A DNA stretch of 64,000 nt. It comes from Candidatus Nealsonbacteria bacterium. Lineage in GTDB: Bacteria > Patescibacteriota > Minisyncoccia > Minisyncoccales > JANBVM01. This document shows, piece by piece, positions 35,659 through 45,965 of this stretch. The translations under genes were made by a program, and so were the position numbers. A model generated the notes under the pieces. It made no database searches and was not told the origin of the DNA. It saw nothing but the letters and a program-made list of their open reading frames with translations. The stretch lies in the NCBI GenBank assembly GCA_047456295.1, contig CP179887.1:45944-109943 (forward strand). The letters run 5' to 3'. How positions within the stretch are numbered: the stretch's first letter is position 1; every line of letters starts with the position of its first letter.

Positions 35659-37413
35659 TTATTCTTTGGCCCCTTCTTGTGTCTGTAAAGATGATTTTAG
35701 CTTTAACTGTAATTGAGGACAGCTATTGACTCTTGTCCATGATTTTGGAACATCACAGGGGGTTGGGAATTCCTTACATTCATTTGTTATAGGGTCTTTA
35801 GCTGGAGTAATAACCTGAATACAGACTTGAGGTTCTTTACAAAGAGGCACTATGCATTTGCCTTCAACACATTTTGAGGTTTCTCCTATACAGCGGGAAA
35901 GGGGACAATCTTCATCTGTCTGGCACTGAAAAGAAACCCCTGGTTTTTTACAGATGCTGTAAGTCCTGGCTACCCTGATTTCTTCCAGACCCTCACAGCA
36001 TAACTGAGAAATTGCGCCAAGAAGAGGGTTCCGGTTCACTCTTTGTCCTTCTATGGCACAGCGTATTTCAGCTCTACATACTTCCCGATAGGCAATTGCA
36101 ACTCCTTGTTTTTTTGCTTCACAGATATTGAGATAGGTGTTTCCGTCTGTTCCACAAACAGGAGCTTCAATATCTGTACAGATTATAGCCTGAGATTCTG
36201 CAGTCTCTTCAAAGCCTGCTCTTACTGCCATAATTCTAATGGCATTTTTAGACAAAGATTCAAATGTTGTTGTTTGACCGAAAGCAGCTCCGTAATTTCC
36301 CTCCTCATAGTATTTTTTAGCAGCCTCTAAATTTTCCTGGGCTTCTTCTACCAGTCGATAGACAGCAGGCATTTCTTCTTTTGTAATCTCTTTTTCAAGG
36401 ATTAAGGACTTGGCTTTTTCTAATATTTGTTCAGCTCGATTAATCTGTTCTTGGGTCTTTTCTGGTGTTATCATTTCTTTATACTTGTTTTCTATTCTCT
36501 CAACGTTTATTTCTCTTGCTTGTTTAATAATTACCCTTAATTTTTCTGAAAGTTCTTTTCCTTCAAGATAACCCAATATATCCAATTGGTTTAATTTATC
36601 TCCGCTTATCCTCTCTATGTATTGTTTAAATTGTTCTTGCTCTTCTGGAGGAAGCGCTTCTAAACTCTGGCGTAATCTTTCTATTATCTCTTCTTTCTTT
36701 TGTTCAATTTTCTCTTGTATATCTTCTGGAAGCCTTTTTTTAAATTCATTAAGAACCTCCAGGTTTTTGAAGTCTTTAAATTTACTGCCTTTTAATTTTT
36801 CTAAATTGTTTACCAATCTATCAGGGATTTTAGCTTTATCTTCAAGTTTTAACATTACATTGTTAAATCTTTCTAAGTGTTCTTCCCTGGCTTGTTTTAT
36901 CTTTTCAAAGGCTTCAACAGGTACCTGCTCTTGTAGTTTTAAAAGCAGTTTTTCGTGAAGAAACTGATGTTGGGTAAATTTATCTAAAAAGGTTCCTATT
37001 CTTTCATTTTCCTGGGCTGTTTCCCTTATTCTTTCTGTATATCTTTCAACTTTTTCCATTTCATTTCTATACTTTTCAGTAGCCTTTTTTAAGCTTTCTG
37101 GATTTCTTTTTATCTCAACCATTTTCTTTAATTCCATCAATCTTTCATTTGCAAATCTTTCTCTCAGTTCTGCTTTTGCCACTGAGTTGAAAGTAAAGAA
37201 AGCCCTGATTTCTCTTCCCCAGTCTCTCAAAAAATAAAAGGGGCTGTCGGGTAATATTGCAGGTTCACCAACTTCCAGGTCAGCTGGCTGAACATCCTCG
37301 TCAAGATTAACTTGTTCAATGACTTGTGATGTATCTTGAGCTGAAACAAAGCTCCCCACAAGGAGAAGAGTTAAGGCTGTTAAAGCCAAAAGGTATTTGG
37401 TTGTTTTTCGCAT
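35659..37413 (-). CDS. Secreted DUF5667-like coiled-coil protein with a Kazal-type domain and Cys-rich C-terminus
   Basis: Signal peptide ...SFVSAQD, PDSPFYFLRDW motif and long Glu/Lys coiled coil. Kazal signature C-x6-PVCGTDGNTYLNIC-x14-C at residues 412-446. Confidence 0.65.
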   Translation of the reverse strand: MRKTTKYLLALTALTLLLVGSFVSAQDTSQVIEQVNLDEDVQPADLEVGEPAILPDSPFYFLRDWGREIRAFFTFNSVAKAELRERFANERLMELKKMVEIKRNPESLKKATEKYRNEMEKVERYTERIRETAQENERIGTFLDKFTQHQFLHEKLLLKLQEQVPVEAFEKIKQAREEHLERFNNVMLKLEDKAKIPDRLVNNLEKLKGSKFKDFKNLEVLNEFKKRLPEDIQEKIEQKKEEIIERLRQSLEALPPEEQEQFKQYIERISGDKLNQLDILGYLEGKELSEKLRVIIKQAREINVERIENKYKEMITPEKTQEQINRAEQILEKAKSLILEKEITKEEMPAVYRLVEEAQENLEAAKKYYEEGNYGAAFGQTTTFESLSKNAIRIMAVRAGFEETAESQAIICTDIEAPVCGTDGNTYLNICEAKKQGVAIAYREVCRAEIRCAIEGQRVNRNPLLGAISQLCCEGLEEIRVARTYSICKKPGVSFQCQTDEDCPLSRCIGETSKCVEGKCIVPLCKEPQVCIQVITPAKDPITNECKEFPTPCDVPKSWTRVNSCPQLQLKLKSSLQTQEGAKE

Positions 37414-37425
37414 AGTATTATTATG

Positions 37426-39144
37426 TTATTTTTTCTTATCAATTTCTATTTTCGCCTTTTTGATAAAACCTGTCAACTTTATTTTCCCCAAGTCTTTTCC
37501 TTTATATCTTGGTCTTACTGATTTTGTTTTCATTTCTTTGTCGCCCACTACCAAAAGGTAAGGTATTTTTTTGAGTTCTCCGTTTCTGATTTTCTTGGAT
37601 ACGGTTTCATTCTCATCTTTAAGTTTACATCGGAAGCTATCTGATAGAAGTTTTTTTGCAACCTCTTTTGAGTATTTTCTATGTTGGGAGCCTACTGGTA
37701 TTACCCATATCTGTTCAGGAGCCAACCACAAAGGCAAATTACCTGCCCAATTTTCCAATAAGACCCCGATAAATCTTTCAAAAGATCCAAGCAGAGCCCG
37801 ATGGATCATATAGGGTCTTTTTTTCTTTCCTTTTTTATTAATATATGACATGTCAAATCTTTCAGGCAGATTGAAATCAACCTGGATTGTTGTACACTGC
37901 CATTCTCTTCCCAAAGAGTCCTTTATCTTAATATCTATCTTGGGTCCATAAAATGATCCTCCTCCTTTGTCAAGGTAGTGTTTTAACCCCTCTTTTTTTA
38001 ATACGTATTTTAAAGCATTCGTTGCTTTTTCCCAGCCCTTTTTTGTTCCGACATATTTTATAGGACGGGTGGAAAGATAAATATCAAACTCTTTAAAACC
38101 AAAAGCCCTTAAGATTTTTAGACTGTGTTTCAAGAGTTTTATAACCTCTTCAGCTAACTGATCTTGGGTGCACCAGACATGGGCGTCATCCTGGGTAAAA
38201 CCCCTTACCCTTGTCAAACCATGCAAGACTCCAGATTTCTCATAACGGTAAACCGTACCAAATTCTGCGTATTTAATGGGTAGTTCTTTATAGCTTCTGA
38301 TTTCAGATTGATAGATTTTTATATGAAAAGGACAATTCATGGGTTTTAATATGTATTGTTCTTTCTCAACCTTCATTGGGGAGTACATATTTTCTCTATA
38401 AAAGTCCCAGTGACCAGATTTTTTCCAGAGCTCTAATTTTCCGATATGGGGCGAGACCAGCCATTGATATCCTTGAGAGGTTAATTCTTTGTACATATAG
38501 TCTTGAATAATCTTTATCAAGATAGCTCCATTGGGATACCATATATGGAGTCCAGCCCCAACCTCCTCGTCAGAGTAAAACAGCTTTAATTTCTGACCCA
38601 AAATCCGGTGGTCTCTTTTTTCAGCTTCCTTTAATTTGAAAACATGATTGTCTAATTCTTTCTTTGTTTTGAAAGCGATTCCGTAAATCCGGGTCAGCAT
38701 GGGATTCTTTTCATTTCCTTTCCAGTAAGCCCCTGCAATCTTTGTTATCTTGAAAGCATTGGGATTGATTTCTTTTGTTGATTTAACATGGGGACCCTGG
38801 CATAAATCTATGAAATTACCACTTTCATAAAAGGTTAACTTACCTTTTGCTAATTTTTTCATCAACTCTCGTTTATATGGTTGTTTCTTGAAGATTTTAT
38901 TGATTTCTTGTTTTGACAATCTTCTCTTCTTAAAGGAGATATTTTTTTTAATGAGTTCTTTCATCTTTTTTTCAATCTTTGGTAAATCATCTGGGGTTAA
39001 AGCTTCTCTGGGGAAACCAAAATCATAATAAAATCCATTTTCAATTGCAGGTCCTATGCCAAATCTCACCCCAGGGAATAATTCCTGGACAGCATGAGCC
39101 ATTACATGGGAGAGTGAATGACGGATTGTTTCAATTTTAGCCAT
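37426..39144 (-). CDS. thrS: Threonyl-tRNA synthetase lacking the N-terminal TGS domain
   Basis: Begins at the editing-domain motif RHSLSHVMAHA. Class II core motifs present (MNCPFH, FGTVYRYEKSGVLHGLTRVRGFTQDDAH). Confidence 0.9.
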   Translation of the reverse strand: MAKIETIRHSLSHVMAHAVQELFPGVRFGIGPAIENGFYYDFGFPREALTPDDLPKIEKKMKELIKKNISFKKRRLSKQEINKIFKKQPYKRELMKKLAKGKLTFYESGNFIDLCQGPHVKSTKEINPNAFKITKIAGAYWKGNEKNPMLTRIYGIAFKTKKELDNHVFKLKEAEKRDHRILGQKLKLFYSDEEVGAGLHIWYPNGAILIKIIQDYMYKELTSQGYQWLVSPHIGKLELWKKSGHWDFYRENMYSPMKVEKEQYILKPMNCPFHIKIYQSEIRSYKELPIKYAEFGTVYRYEKSGVLHGLTRVRGFTQDDAHVWCTQDQLAEEVIKLLKHSLKILRAFGFKEFDIYLSTRPIKYVGTKKGWEKATNALKYVLKKEGLKHYLDKGGGSFYGPKIDIKIKDSLGREWQCTTIQVDFNLPERFDMSYINKKGKKKRPYMIHRALLGSFERFIGVLLENWAGNLPLWLAPEQIWVIPVGSQHRKYSKEVAKKLLSDSFRCKLKDENETVSKKIRNGELKKIPYLLVVGDKEMKTKSVRPRYKGKDLGKIKLTGFIKKAKIEIDKKK

Positions 39145-39343
39145 GATTTTATTAGTTTATTTTACTATAAAAATTGACCTTTTAAAAATAAAAACCTCTT
39201 TTTTTCAAGAGTCTAGCTTAAAGAATTGTTTAAAATTCCCAAACCAGACCTTTAAGAGGTTGTAGTGGTAGTTGTAATTCTATTGCTTAGATTCTTTGAC
39301 ATCCTGATTTTAATTTTAGAGGGAATAAAAATCTTGTCAAGCA

Positions 39344-42300
39344 TCAGGCTTCCATAATCTCTTCAATGTTTTCACAGATGAGCTTTGGGGTTTCGCTTCG
39401 TCTATCAACCCTTCCTGAAACCAGAACGATTTTATTTTCCTTGAAAGCAGTAGGATTCTTTTCAATTATTGTTGGAAATACCACAACCTCAATTCTATCG
39501 GATAAATCCTCCAAAGTCATAAAAAACATGAGTCTTCCGGTTTTGGTAATAATCTTTTTTATCCTTGAAATAATTCCTCCAATCCTAACGTGACGGTTTG
39601 TTAAAGCAGGGACCAGGCTGGAAATTTTAGTTGCCTTTTTTTCTAAGATATCCTGGAAATCTTCCAAAGGATGGGAACTGACAAAAAGTCCTAACAGTTC
39701 TTTTTCCCAGGCCAGTTTTTGTCTTTTGGTAGCAGCCTCAATAGGTTGAAGATGAAGCTTATTGTTAAACTTCATTCCCTCAAAAAGCCCTTTTTGACCT
39801 GTGGTTAATATTTTTTGATTTTCCCGGCTGCAATCTAGAATCTTTTCTATGTTGAATAAAAGCAGGTTTCTTTCAACCAGTTTGTCAAAGGCACCGGCTT
39901 TAATAAGGCTTTGCAGGGATTTTTTGTTTAAATCAGTTGAACTTATCCTTAAGATAAAGTCATCTATTGACTGGAAGAGACCTTTATTTTTTCTCTCCTG
40001 GACTATGGATTCCACAATATTTGAACCAACATTTTTAATGGCCAATAATCCGAAACGAATTTGTTTTTTATTAGGAATAACCGTGAAGTTTCTCCAGCTC
40101 TGGTTTATATCAGGAGCCAGGATTTCAATGTCCATTCTTTTGCATTCCTGCATTAAAAATCCAATCCTTTCCACATCAGCCTTGCTTGAGGTTAAAAGAG
40201 CAGCCATAAATTCTACTGGAAAATGGGCTTTAAGATAAGCTGTTTGATAAGCAATAGTGGAATAGGCGCAGGAGTGGCTTCTGTTAAATCCGTAGCTGGC
40301 AAAGGGTAAAATCCATTGCCATATCTTCTGGGCAATCCTTTGTTCTATTCCGTTTTTCATCATTCCCTGGATTAGTTTTTCTTTTTGAGCCATAAGCAGG
40401 GATTTAATCTTTTTTCCAACAGCCTTTCTCAAGATGTCTGCTTCAGAAAGAGTGAAGCCTGCCAATTTTTGGGCAATGAGCATTAGGTCTTCCTGGTATA
40501 TGAGAAGGCCATAGGTTTTTCCCAGGATCTCTTTTAAGCTAGGATGTAAATATTCCACCTGTTTTTTTCCTTTTTTTCTGGCAATATATTCAGGAATAAG
40601 AGACATGGGACCTGGTCTATAAAGAGCAACCATGGTTATGATGTCTTCAAATTCAGTTGGTTTTAATTGTTTTAAGTATCGTTGAAAACCAGCTGATTCT
40701 AATTGAAAAACTCCGACTGTTTTTCCTTTTTGCAATAATTGATAGGTTTTTTTGTCGTTGAGAGGGATATTCTCAATGTCAATCTTCTTTTTCTTTCTAA
40801 CAACATAGATTCTTGTTAAGGTATCTTCAATAATGGTTAGATTCTTCAGTCCCAGGAAATCCATTTTCAGGAAACCCAGATCCTCTATTGAATGCATTTC
40901 ATATTGGGTAACAATAGTTGAATCATTCTGAGTGGGATGCTGTAAGGGAATGTCATTATCTAAGGATTCTTTTGAAATTACCACTCCGCAGGCATGGGTT
41001 GAGGCATGTCTGGCTACACCCTCCATTTTTTTTGCAAAATCAATAAGTTTTGTTGCTTTAGGATCTGTTTCATAAAGTTGTCTGAATTCAGGAATCTTTG
41101 CCAGGGTTTCATCCAGGGTAGAACCAAAAGGAATCATTTTTGCAACCCTGTCACAATAGCTATAAGCATAGTTAAGGGCTCTTCCAACATCTCTTACAGC
41201 TGCCCTGGCAGCCATTGTTCCAAAAGTAATGATTTGGGCTACCCGGTCTCTTCCGTATTTTTCAGCCACATATTCAATTACTTCATCCCTTCTTCTGTCG
41301 GTAAAATCCAAATCAATATCAGGCATTGATATGCGGGCAGGATTAAGAAATCTTTCAAATAAGAGATTATATTTCAAAGGGTCAATAGTTGTAATGCCTA
41401 AAACATAAGATACCAATGATCCCCCGACAGAACCCCTGCCTGGACCCACCACAATTCTTTTTTCTTTTGCCCAATTAACAAAATCCTGGACAATCAAAAA
41501 ATAAGAAGAAAAACCCATTTTATCAATCATGTCTAATTCATAGTTTAATCTGTCTAGGACCTCTTTTTTTGCCAGAGGCCCAAACTTTTTCTTTACTCCC
41601 TGAAGACATAAGTGCTTAATATATTCACCAGGCGTTTGGTTGTTTGGCGTTTCAAAATGAGGCAGTTTTGTTTTTCCGAGAACAAAATCAAAATTGCAGC
41701 TTTGCGCTATCCTTTGCGTATTTTCAATAGCTTGGGGTACATCCTTGAAATCTTCAATCATTTTTTCAGGAAGCCTTAAAGAAAAATCATCTGCTTTCAT
41801 GGTCAGTCTTTCCGGGTCATTGGGGTCAGATCCAGTATTAATAAGCATTAAGATGTCCTGGGCCTCTGCATCCTCTGGTCTTAAATAATGAGAGTCGTTT
41901 GTAGCTACCAGGGGAATGTTTAATTCTTTTGATATTAAGATAAGACCCTGATTGACAATTCCTTGCTCTCTTAGATTGGGATGGTGTTGTAGTTCTAAAT
42001 AAAAATTTCCTTTGCCTAAAATCTCCTGATATTTTAAAGCAGCTTTTTTAGCTGTCTCAGGTTTTTTGGCTAGAATTAACTGGGGGATTTTTCCCTGGAT
42101 ACAGGCTGATAAACCAATAAGTCCTTCTGAATAGCGGGATAATAGTTCTTCATCAATCCTGGGTTTGTAGTAAAAACCTTCCAGATGAGCTTTTGTTAAG
42201 AGTTTTACCAGATTCTTATAACCTGTTTTGTCTTTAACCAATAAAACCAAATGATATCTTCTATTATCAATGTTTGGCCTTTTTTGATGCATGCTTTCCA

Positions 42301-42517
42301 GGGCCATATATACTTCACAACCAATTATGGGCTTTATTCCTTTTTTCTTTGCCTTTTTGTAAAATTCAACTGCCCCGTAAAGAACCCCATGATCGGTTAT
42401 GGCAACAGAATCCATTCCCTGTTCTTTTACGTAATCCAAAAGTTCATCGATTTTTGGAAGGCCATCGAGCAGGGAATAATGACTATGAACGTGGAGATGG
42501 GTAAATTTTTTATCCAT
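39344..42517 (-). CDS. dnaE: DNA polymerase III alpha subunit
   Basis: PHP domain start FTHLHVHSHYSLLDG, palm PDIDLDF, and a C-terminal OB fold. Confidence 0.95.
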   Translation of the reverse strand: MDKKFTHLHVHSHYSLLDGLPKIDELLDYVKEQGMDSVAITDHGVLYGAVEFYKKAKKKGIKPIIGCEVYMALESMHQKRPNIDNRRYHLVLLVKDKTGYKNLVKLLTKAHLEGFYYKPRIDEELLSRYSEGLIGLSACIQGKIPQLILAKKPETAKKAALKYQEILGKGNFYLELQHHPNLREQGIVNQGLILISKELNIPLVATNDSHYLRPEDAEAQDILMLINTGSDPNDPERLTMKADDFSLRLPEKMIEDFKDVPQAIENTQRIAQSCNFDFVLGKTKLPHFETPNNQTPGEYIKHLCLQGVKKKFGPLAKKEVLDRLNYELDMIDKMGFSSYFLIVQDFVNWAKEKRIVVGPGRGSVGGSLVSYVLGITTIDPLKYNLLFERFLNPARISMPDIDLDFTDRRRDEVIEYVAEKYGRDRVAQIITFGTMAARAAVRDVGRALNYAYSYCDRVAKMIPFGSTLDETLAKIPEFRQLYETDPKATKLIDFAKKMEGVARHASTHACGVVISKESLDNDIPLQHPTQNDSTIVTQYEMHSIEDLGFLKMDFLGLKNLTIIEDTLTRIYVVRKKKKIDIENIPLNDKKTYQLLQKGKTVGVFQLESAGFQRYLKQLKPTEFEDIITMVALYRPGPMSLIPEYIARKKGKKQVEYLHPSLKEILGKTYGLLIYQEDLMLIAQKLAGFTLSEADILRKAVGKKIKSLLMAQKEKLIQGMMKNGIEQRIAQKIWQWILPFASYGFNRSHSCAYSTIAYQTAYLKAHFPVEFMAALLTSSKADVERIGFLMQECKRMDIEILAPDINQSWRNFTVIPNKKQIRFGLLAIKNVGSNIVESIVQERKNKGLFQSIDDFILRISSTDLNKKSLQSLIKAGAFDKLVERNLLLFNIEKILDCSRENQKILTTGQKGLFEGMKFNNKLHLQPIEAATKRQKLAWEKELLGLFVSSHPLEDFQDILEKKATKISSLVPALTNRHVRIGGIISRIKKIITKTGRLMFFMTLEDLSDRIEVVVFPTIIEKNPTAFKENKIVLVSGRVDRRSETPKLICENIEEIMEA

Positions 42518-42712
42518 GTCATTATATAAAGTTTAGCTCGCTCAGGGCGAGCATTGTATCATTTTACTTTTTTGGGTCTTCCAAGTCAAATTTTAAAAAT
42601 TATCAGATATCTTTTATAAAATTTGGACAGGCTAAGCCTGTCCAAAGAAGATAAAGTCTTAAGGCCTTATATGTAGACCTTAAGACCGCCCTATTTTTTA
42701 TTTTGAGTTTGA

Positions 42713-42774
42713 AATATAATTAAGAAATGAAATACCCAAATTTTTCTGAAGAAAAAAAGTTATGGAAAAAGGGA
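42713..42774 (+). repeat. Direct repeat, left copy (duplicated rnhB promoter and first 16 codons)
   Basis: 61 of 62 nt identical to 46250-46311; the single mismatch is at 42765/46302. Confidence 0.9.
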
Positions 42775-42801
42775 AAATCCAAACCAACATTCAGTAAATA
42801 A
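42727..42801 (+). pseudogene. Truncated duplicate of the rnhB 5' end
   Basis: Encodes MKYPNFSEEKKLWKKG, then diverges and stops after 24 codons. Confidence 0.7.
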
Positions 42802-42848
42802 AATATGCCCCATCATTATTTGGTGGGGCTTTTCTTTCAAGGATTTTC

Positions 42849-44177
42849 TTATTCTAAAAGTTCGACTTGCTCCTCTTGGGCTTCAAACTCTACTTTGCTT
42901 TCTTCATTGAAGGATGGTATGAAAAAATCTGGAGGGATTAGTTCGACCTCTGAAATGCTTAAAATTCTAATCTTTGAAGGAATAAACGAACCTGCTTCCG
43001 TCCGCCTGCCTTTAGCTTCAATGATATCTCCTCGTTGAAAATCTTTTAACTTTATCTCTTTTTTGTCCTTGTTTAAGAGCATCGTTTTCTCGGTGAGTGC
43101 CACGCTTATCTCCTTTCCTTGCTGTTCTTGTATTGTAATGACTTTGGCACTTAATGCTACATCGGTAATCCTTCCTGTCACGGTATCCAAGAGGTATTGT
43201 TCTATGTTTGTTTGATGTTCCTCGTAGGTTTTGGCAGGGTGAATCTGTCCTTCGCTGTCGTGCAGGTAGTAAAGGTATTCGCTGTCCTCTGAATTAATCA
43301 CTGCATCAATCGCTGCCAGTCCTGGATTGCAGATTGGTGCTGGCGGGCGTCCTGTGTGCAGATAGGTGTTATAAGGGGAATCGGTTTTGTATTCCTCTGG
43401 CTTCACCTTCTTCCACCAGTTGCCTGGCTCTCCCAGTGCGTATTGAACGGTGGCGTCTATTTCAAACCTCATGTCCTGCAGCCATCTGTTCCAGATGATT
43501 CCCGCAACCAGAGGCATCTGTTTTTCATTGCCTGCTTCTCTCTGAATCAGCGAGGCGAGGACAATTAAAGTGTCGTTTCTGATGTTGTTTTTTTCTGCTT
43601 CTTTAAAAAGGTCTGCCACTTCCTCATTAAACTTGTCCTTCATTCTCTCGGCTACTTCTTGGCCAGTGTAATCTACGTTGAGCAGATAGGTGTCTGGAAA
43701 CAAGTAGCCCTCTTTAGTCCAGCTGAGAAACCTTCTTTCTTCCACTTCTGGCCAACCGATTTTCTCCTGAACCATTTCTGCTATTTCTTCTTTTCTCAGC
43801 CCCTCTGGGATCACTATCCATTTCTGGTAAGGATGATTGACCAGCGTGTCGGCCAAAAACCAAGCGTCCATTCCTTTTGAGACTATGTATCCGCCTGGTT
43901 CAATTTTGCCCTGCCACCCCTTTCTTTTTAATACGAAGTTAAACGCCCACTCGCTTCTGATGTAGCCCTGCTCTTTCAGCTTAGGAATGAATTCTTCTTC
44001 TGTTGTGGCCAGGTTGATTACGATTCGTTCTTCCTCTGCTGTTCTCTGCGGTGCTGAAAACTGATAAAAAAATACAGCAATAACGATTGCTGTCGCCAGG
44101 ACTATCCCGCTTCCGATTGCTATTTTTTTATTTCTGGTTATCACTGTCATTATCTTTTTATCATAAAATAAAGTCAA
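42849..44177 (-). CDS. MltG/YceG-like endolytic transglycosylase with ~110-aa C-terminal extension (island copy)
   Basis: N-terminal TM helix, LASLIQREAG, IDATVQYALG and YNTYLHTGRPPAPICNPG motifs. Visibly more GC-rich than its surroundings. Confidence 0.75.
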   Translation of the reverse strand: MTLFYDKKIMTVITRNKKIAIGSGIVLATAIVIAVFFYQFSAPQRTAEEERIVINLATTEEEFIPKLKEQGYIRSEWAFNFVLKRKGWQGKIEPGGYIVSKGMDAWFLADTLVNHPYQKWIVIPEGLRKEEIAEMVQEKIGWPEVEERRFLSWTKEGYLFPDTYLLNVDYTGQEVAERMKDKFNEEVADLFKEAEKNNIRNDTLIVLASLIQREAGNEKQMPLVAGIIWNRWLQDMRFEIDATVQYALGEPGNWWKKVKPEEYKTDSPYNTYLHTGRPPAPICNPGLAAIDAVINSEDSEYLYYLHDSEGQIHPAKTYEEHQTNIEQYLLDTVTGRITDVALSAKVITIQEQQGKEISVALTEKTMLLNKDKKEIKLKDFQRGDIIEAKGRRTEAGSFIPSKIRILSISEVELIPPDFFIPSFNEESKVEFEAQEEQVELLE

Positions 44178-44247
44178 GGGCTTTAGTTCTAAACCAAAAA
44201 ACCTCTTTGGATTGGCAGAGATTTTTTGGTTTTAAAATTCCTAAGTT

Positions 44248-44799
44248 TTACCAATAAATTCTTGAGGCATCGGCGTAAATCCTCTTATCAGCAGGAGATC
44301 CACAATCTGTAACTATCAATCTGTCTTTCTCGGAACTCCAATAGGAGGCGAATCCGTAACAACTATATTTTCCGACGCAAGGACATGTGTGAGCGTTTGT
44401 CCATCCGTAGGTGTTGTAGTGGTCTATTTTTCCTATGCAGTAGGTCGGAATATAATCCTTGTTGTAAAAATGATAATCTGCGTATGTGACTGGATTTGTT
44501 TCATACCAGGGGATGTAAAAATACGAGTCACTATCTCCTACCCACTGGTTATTCGTGGTGAATCTCCAAGAAGCATAGTCAGCCCACCCGTAAGGCAACC
44601 ACCCTGCATCGCAATTATAACTCAGTGCACTGAAGGTGTAATAATCCGTTGAGCAAACTCTGTTTGCTGGATTGTGAATTGCCCAATAACCCGCTAAATA
44701 ACGGTCGCAGGATGTCTCGTAGCCCGCTAATACCACCCCTATTATTACTGCCACTAATGCCACTCCAAGAATTGTCGCAATAATTGTTTTCTTTCCCAT
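44248..44799 (-). CDS. Membrane-anchored Tyr/Trp/Cys-rich hypothetical protein
   Basis: N-terminal TM helix followed by a 150-aa domain with many Y, W, C, N and D residues. No known motif. Confidence 0.5.
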   Translation of the reverse strand: MGKKTIIATILGVALVAVIIGVVLAGYETSCDRYLAGYWAIHNPANRVCSTDYYTFSALSYNCDAGWLPYGWADYASWRFTTNNQWVGDSDSYFYIPWYETNPVTYADYHFYNKDYIPTYCIGKIDHYNTYGWTNAHTCPCVGKYSCYGFASYWSSEKDRLIVTDCGSPADKRIYADASRIYW

Positions 44800-44803
44800 A
44801 GTT

Positions 44804-45679
44804 TTATGGAAGCCAATTTTGGTAATTAATAATTTCTCCTTTTACTGGTTCAACCGCTACTAAAATCTGGTAATCTTTGGGTGTTTTCTCGCCTGTGGCA
44901 GGATAAATAAAAATGAAGGTGTTTCCTTTTTCTGTTGCCCGTTGAACTTCACAATTTTCTATTACCTCTTTTGCTTTTGCTTCTCCTATTGTTTTAGTCA
45001 GAAGGGTTAAAACATTTTCCCTCGCTTCTTTTTCGGTTATCTTTCCTTCTTTGTAACGGCAATTTTCGTCGAGAATGTCTTGACGGGTTTTGCACCAATT
45101 TTCTCCCCCTATTTGCAAACTGAGAATTTTGTTTTTGTCTACATCAAAATAGAAAATTCGCCCTTGCTCGTCTGTGTATTCTTCCATTACATTCTCTTTG
45201 GTGTAGGGATTTCCGCTAACTTTCTGATAGACCACATTGCTTTCTCCAAATAAATCTTTAATTTGTTTGATTGTTTCTGCTCTTTCCTCTATTGGTCTCT
45301 CTAAATTTTCTTTAATTAAATTTTCTCTGTGAATCTGTATTTCAAGGAAATCAATTTCTTTGCCTACCTCTTCTTTTAAACGAGGGGAGAAAACTATCAC
45401 ATAGGTTTCTTTATTGCTGGCGAGATACTCCATTGTCTCCAATTCTTCTCCTATTGTTTGTTTGATTCTTTGAATTTTTTCTTCTACTCCTTCTTCTCCC
45501 TTTCGGAATATTTGGATTATTCCATCTTTTTTAAAACCCAAATCTTTTTTGCCTTCTTCATAATACTGAAGGTTAGGGTCTTTTTGGTATTTCTCTGATA
45601 CTCCTATTACTATTCCTGCTGCTACTCCCACTACTAATGTTGATAAGCCAACGCCAAGTAGTATTTTTTTAATTTCCAT
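44804..45679 (-). CDS. Membrane-anchored hypothetical protein
   Basis: N-terminal TM helix with a Glu/Lys-rich soluble domain. 4-nt gap to the downstream gene. Confidence 0.5.
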   Translation of the reverse strand: MEIKKILLGVGLSTLVVGVAAGIVIGVSEKYQKDPNLQYYEEGKKDLGFKKDGIIQIFRKGEEGVEEKIQRIKQTIGEELETMEYLASNKETYVIVFSPRLKEEVGKEIDFLEIQIHRENLIKENLERPIEERAETIKQIKDLFGESNVVYQKVSGNPYTKENVMEEYTDEQGRIFYFDVDKNKILSLQIGGENWCKTRQDILDENCRYKEGKITEKEARENVLTLLTKTIGEAKAKEVIENCEVQRATEKGNTFIFIYPATGEKTPKDYQILVAVEPVKGEIINYQNWLP

Positions 45680-45965
45680 GAGTTTGTTTCTTTTAATCTT
45701 TCTTCGACCTTTGTGGTTTCCCCCTATCGCTTCGAGCCAATCCTCGCTTCGATAGTTTGTTGGGGATTCCTATCTTTTATTTTCACTTTTCCTTGAAATC
45801 AAGTCAAGGGGGTTTCTTTTTTCCCCGTGTTCGATTCTGTTGTCTCTATTCTGAATGCGTAGCCATCTTGGATGAAAATTGTAATCCTGCCAAATTTCAA
45901 TTTTCGGGCATCTTGGTATGCCTTCTTAATGATTCGCCTTGCTCTTTTTTCTCTGTTTTCTTTTT

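Noticed and set aside
39145-39343. Possible T-box or attenuator leader upstream of thrS. On the minus strand there is a TTGACA...TAAAAT promoter right after the dnaE stop, then a CTCTT/AAGAG hairpin with T-run about 45 nt before the thrS ATG.
   Set aside because: No T-box consensus (AGGGTGGTACCGCG-like) or specifier-loop architecture is visible. The hairpin may simply be the dnaE terminator, with a second promoter downstream.
44248-44799. The Tyr/Asn-rich ectodomain as a diversity-generating retroelement target.
   Set aside because: No reverse transcriptase, template repeat or duplicated variable-region sequence is present in the window.
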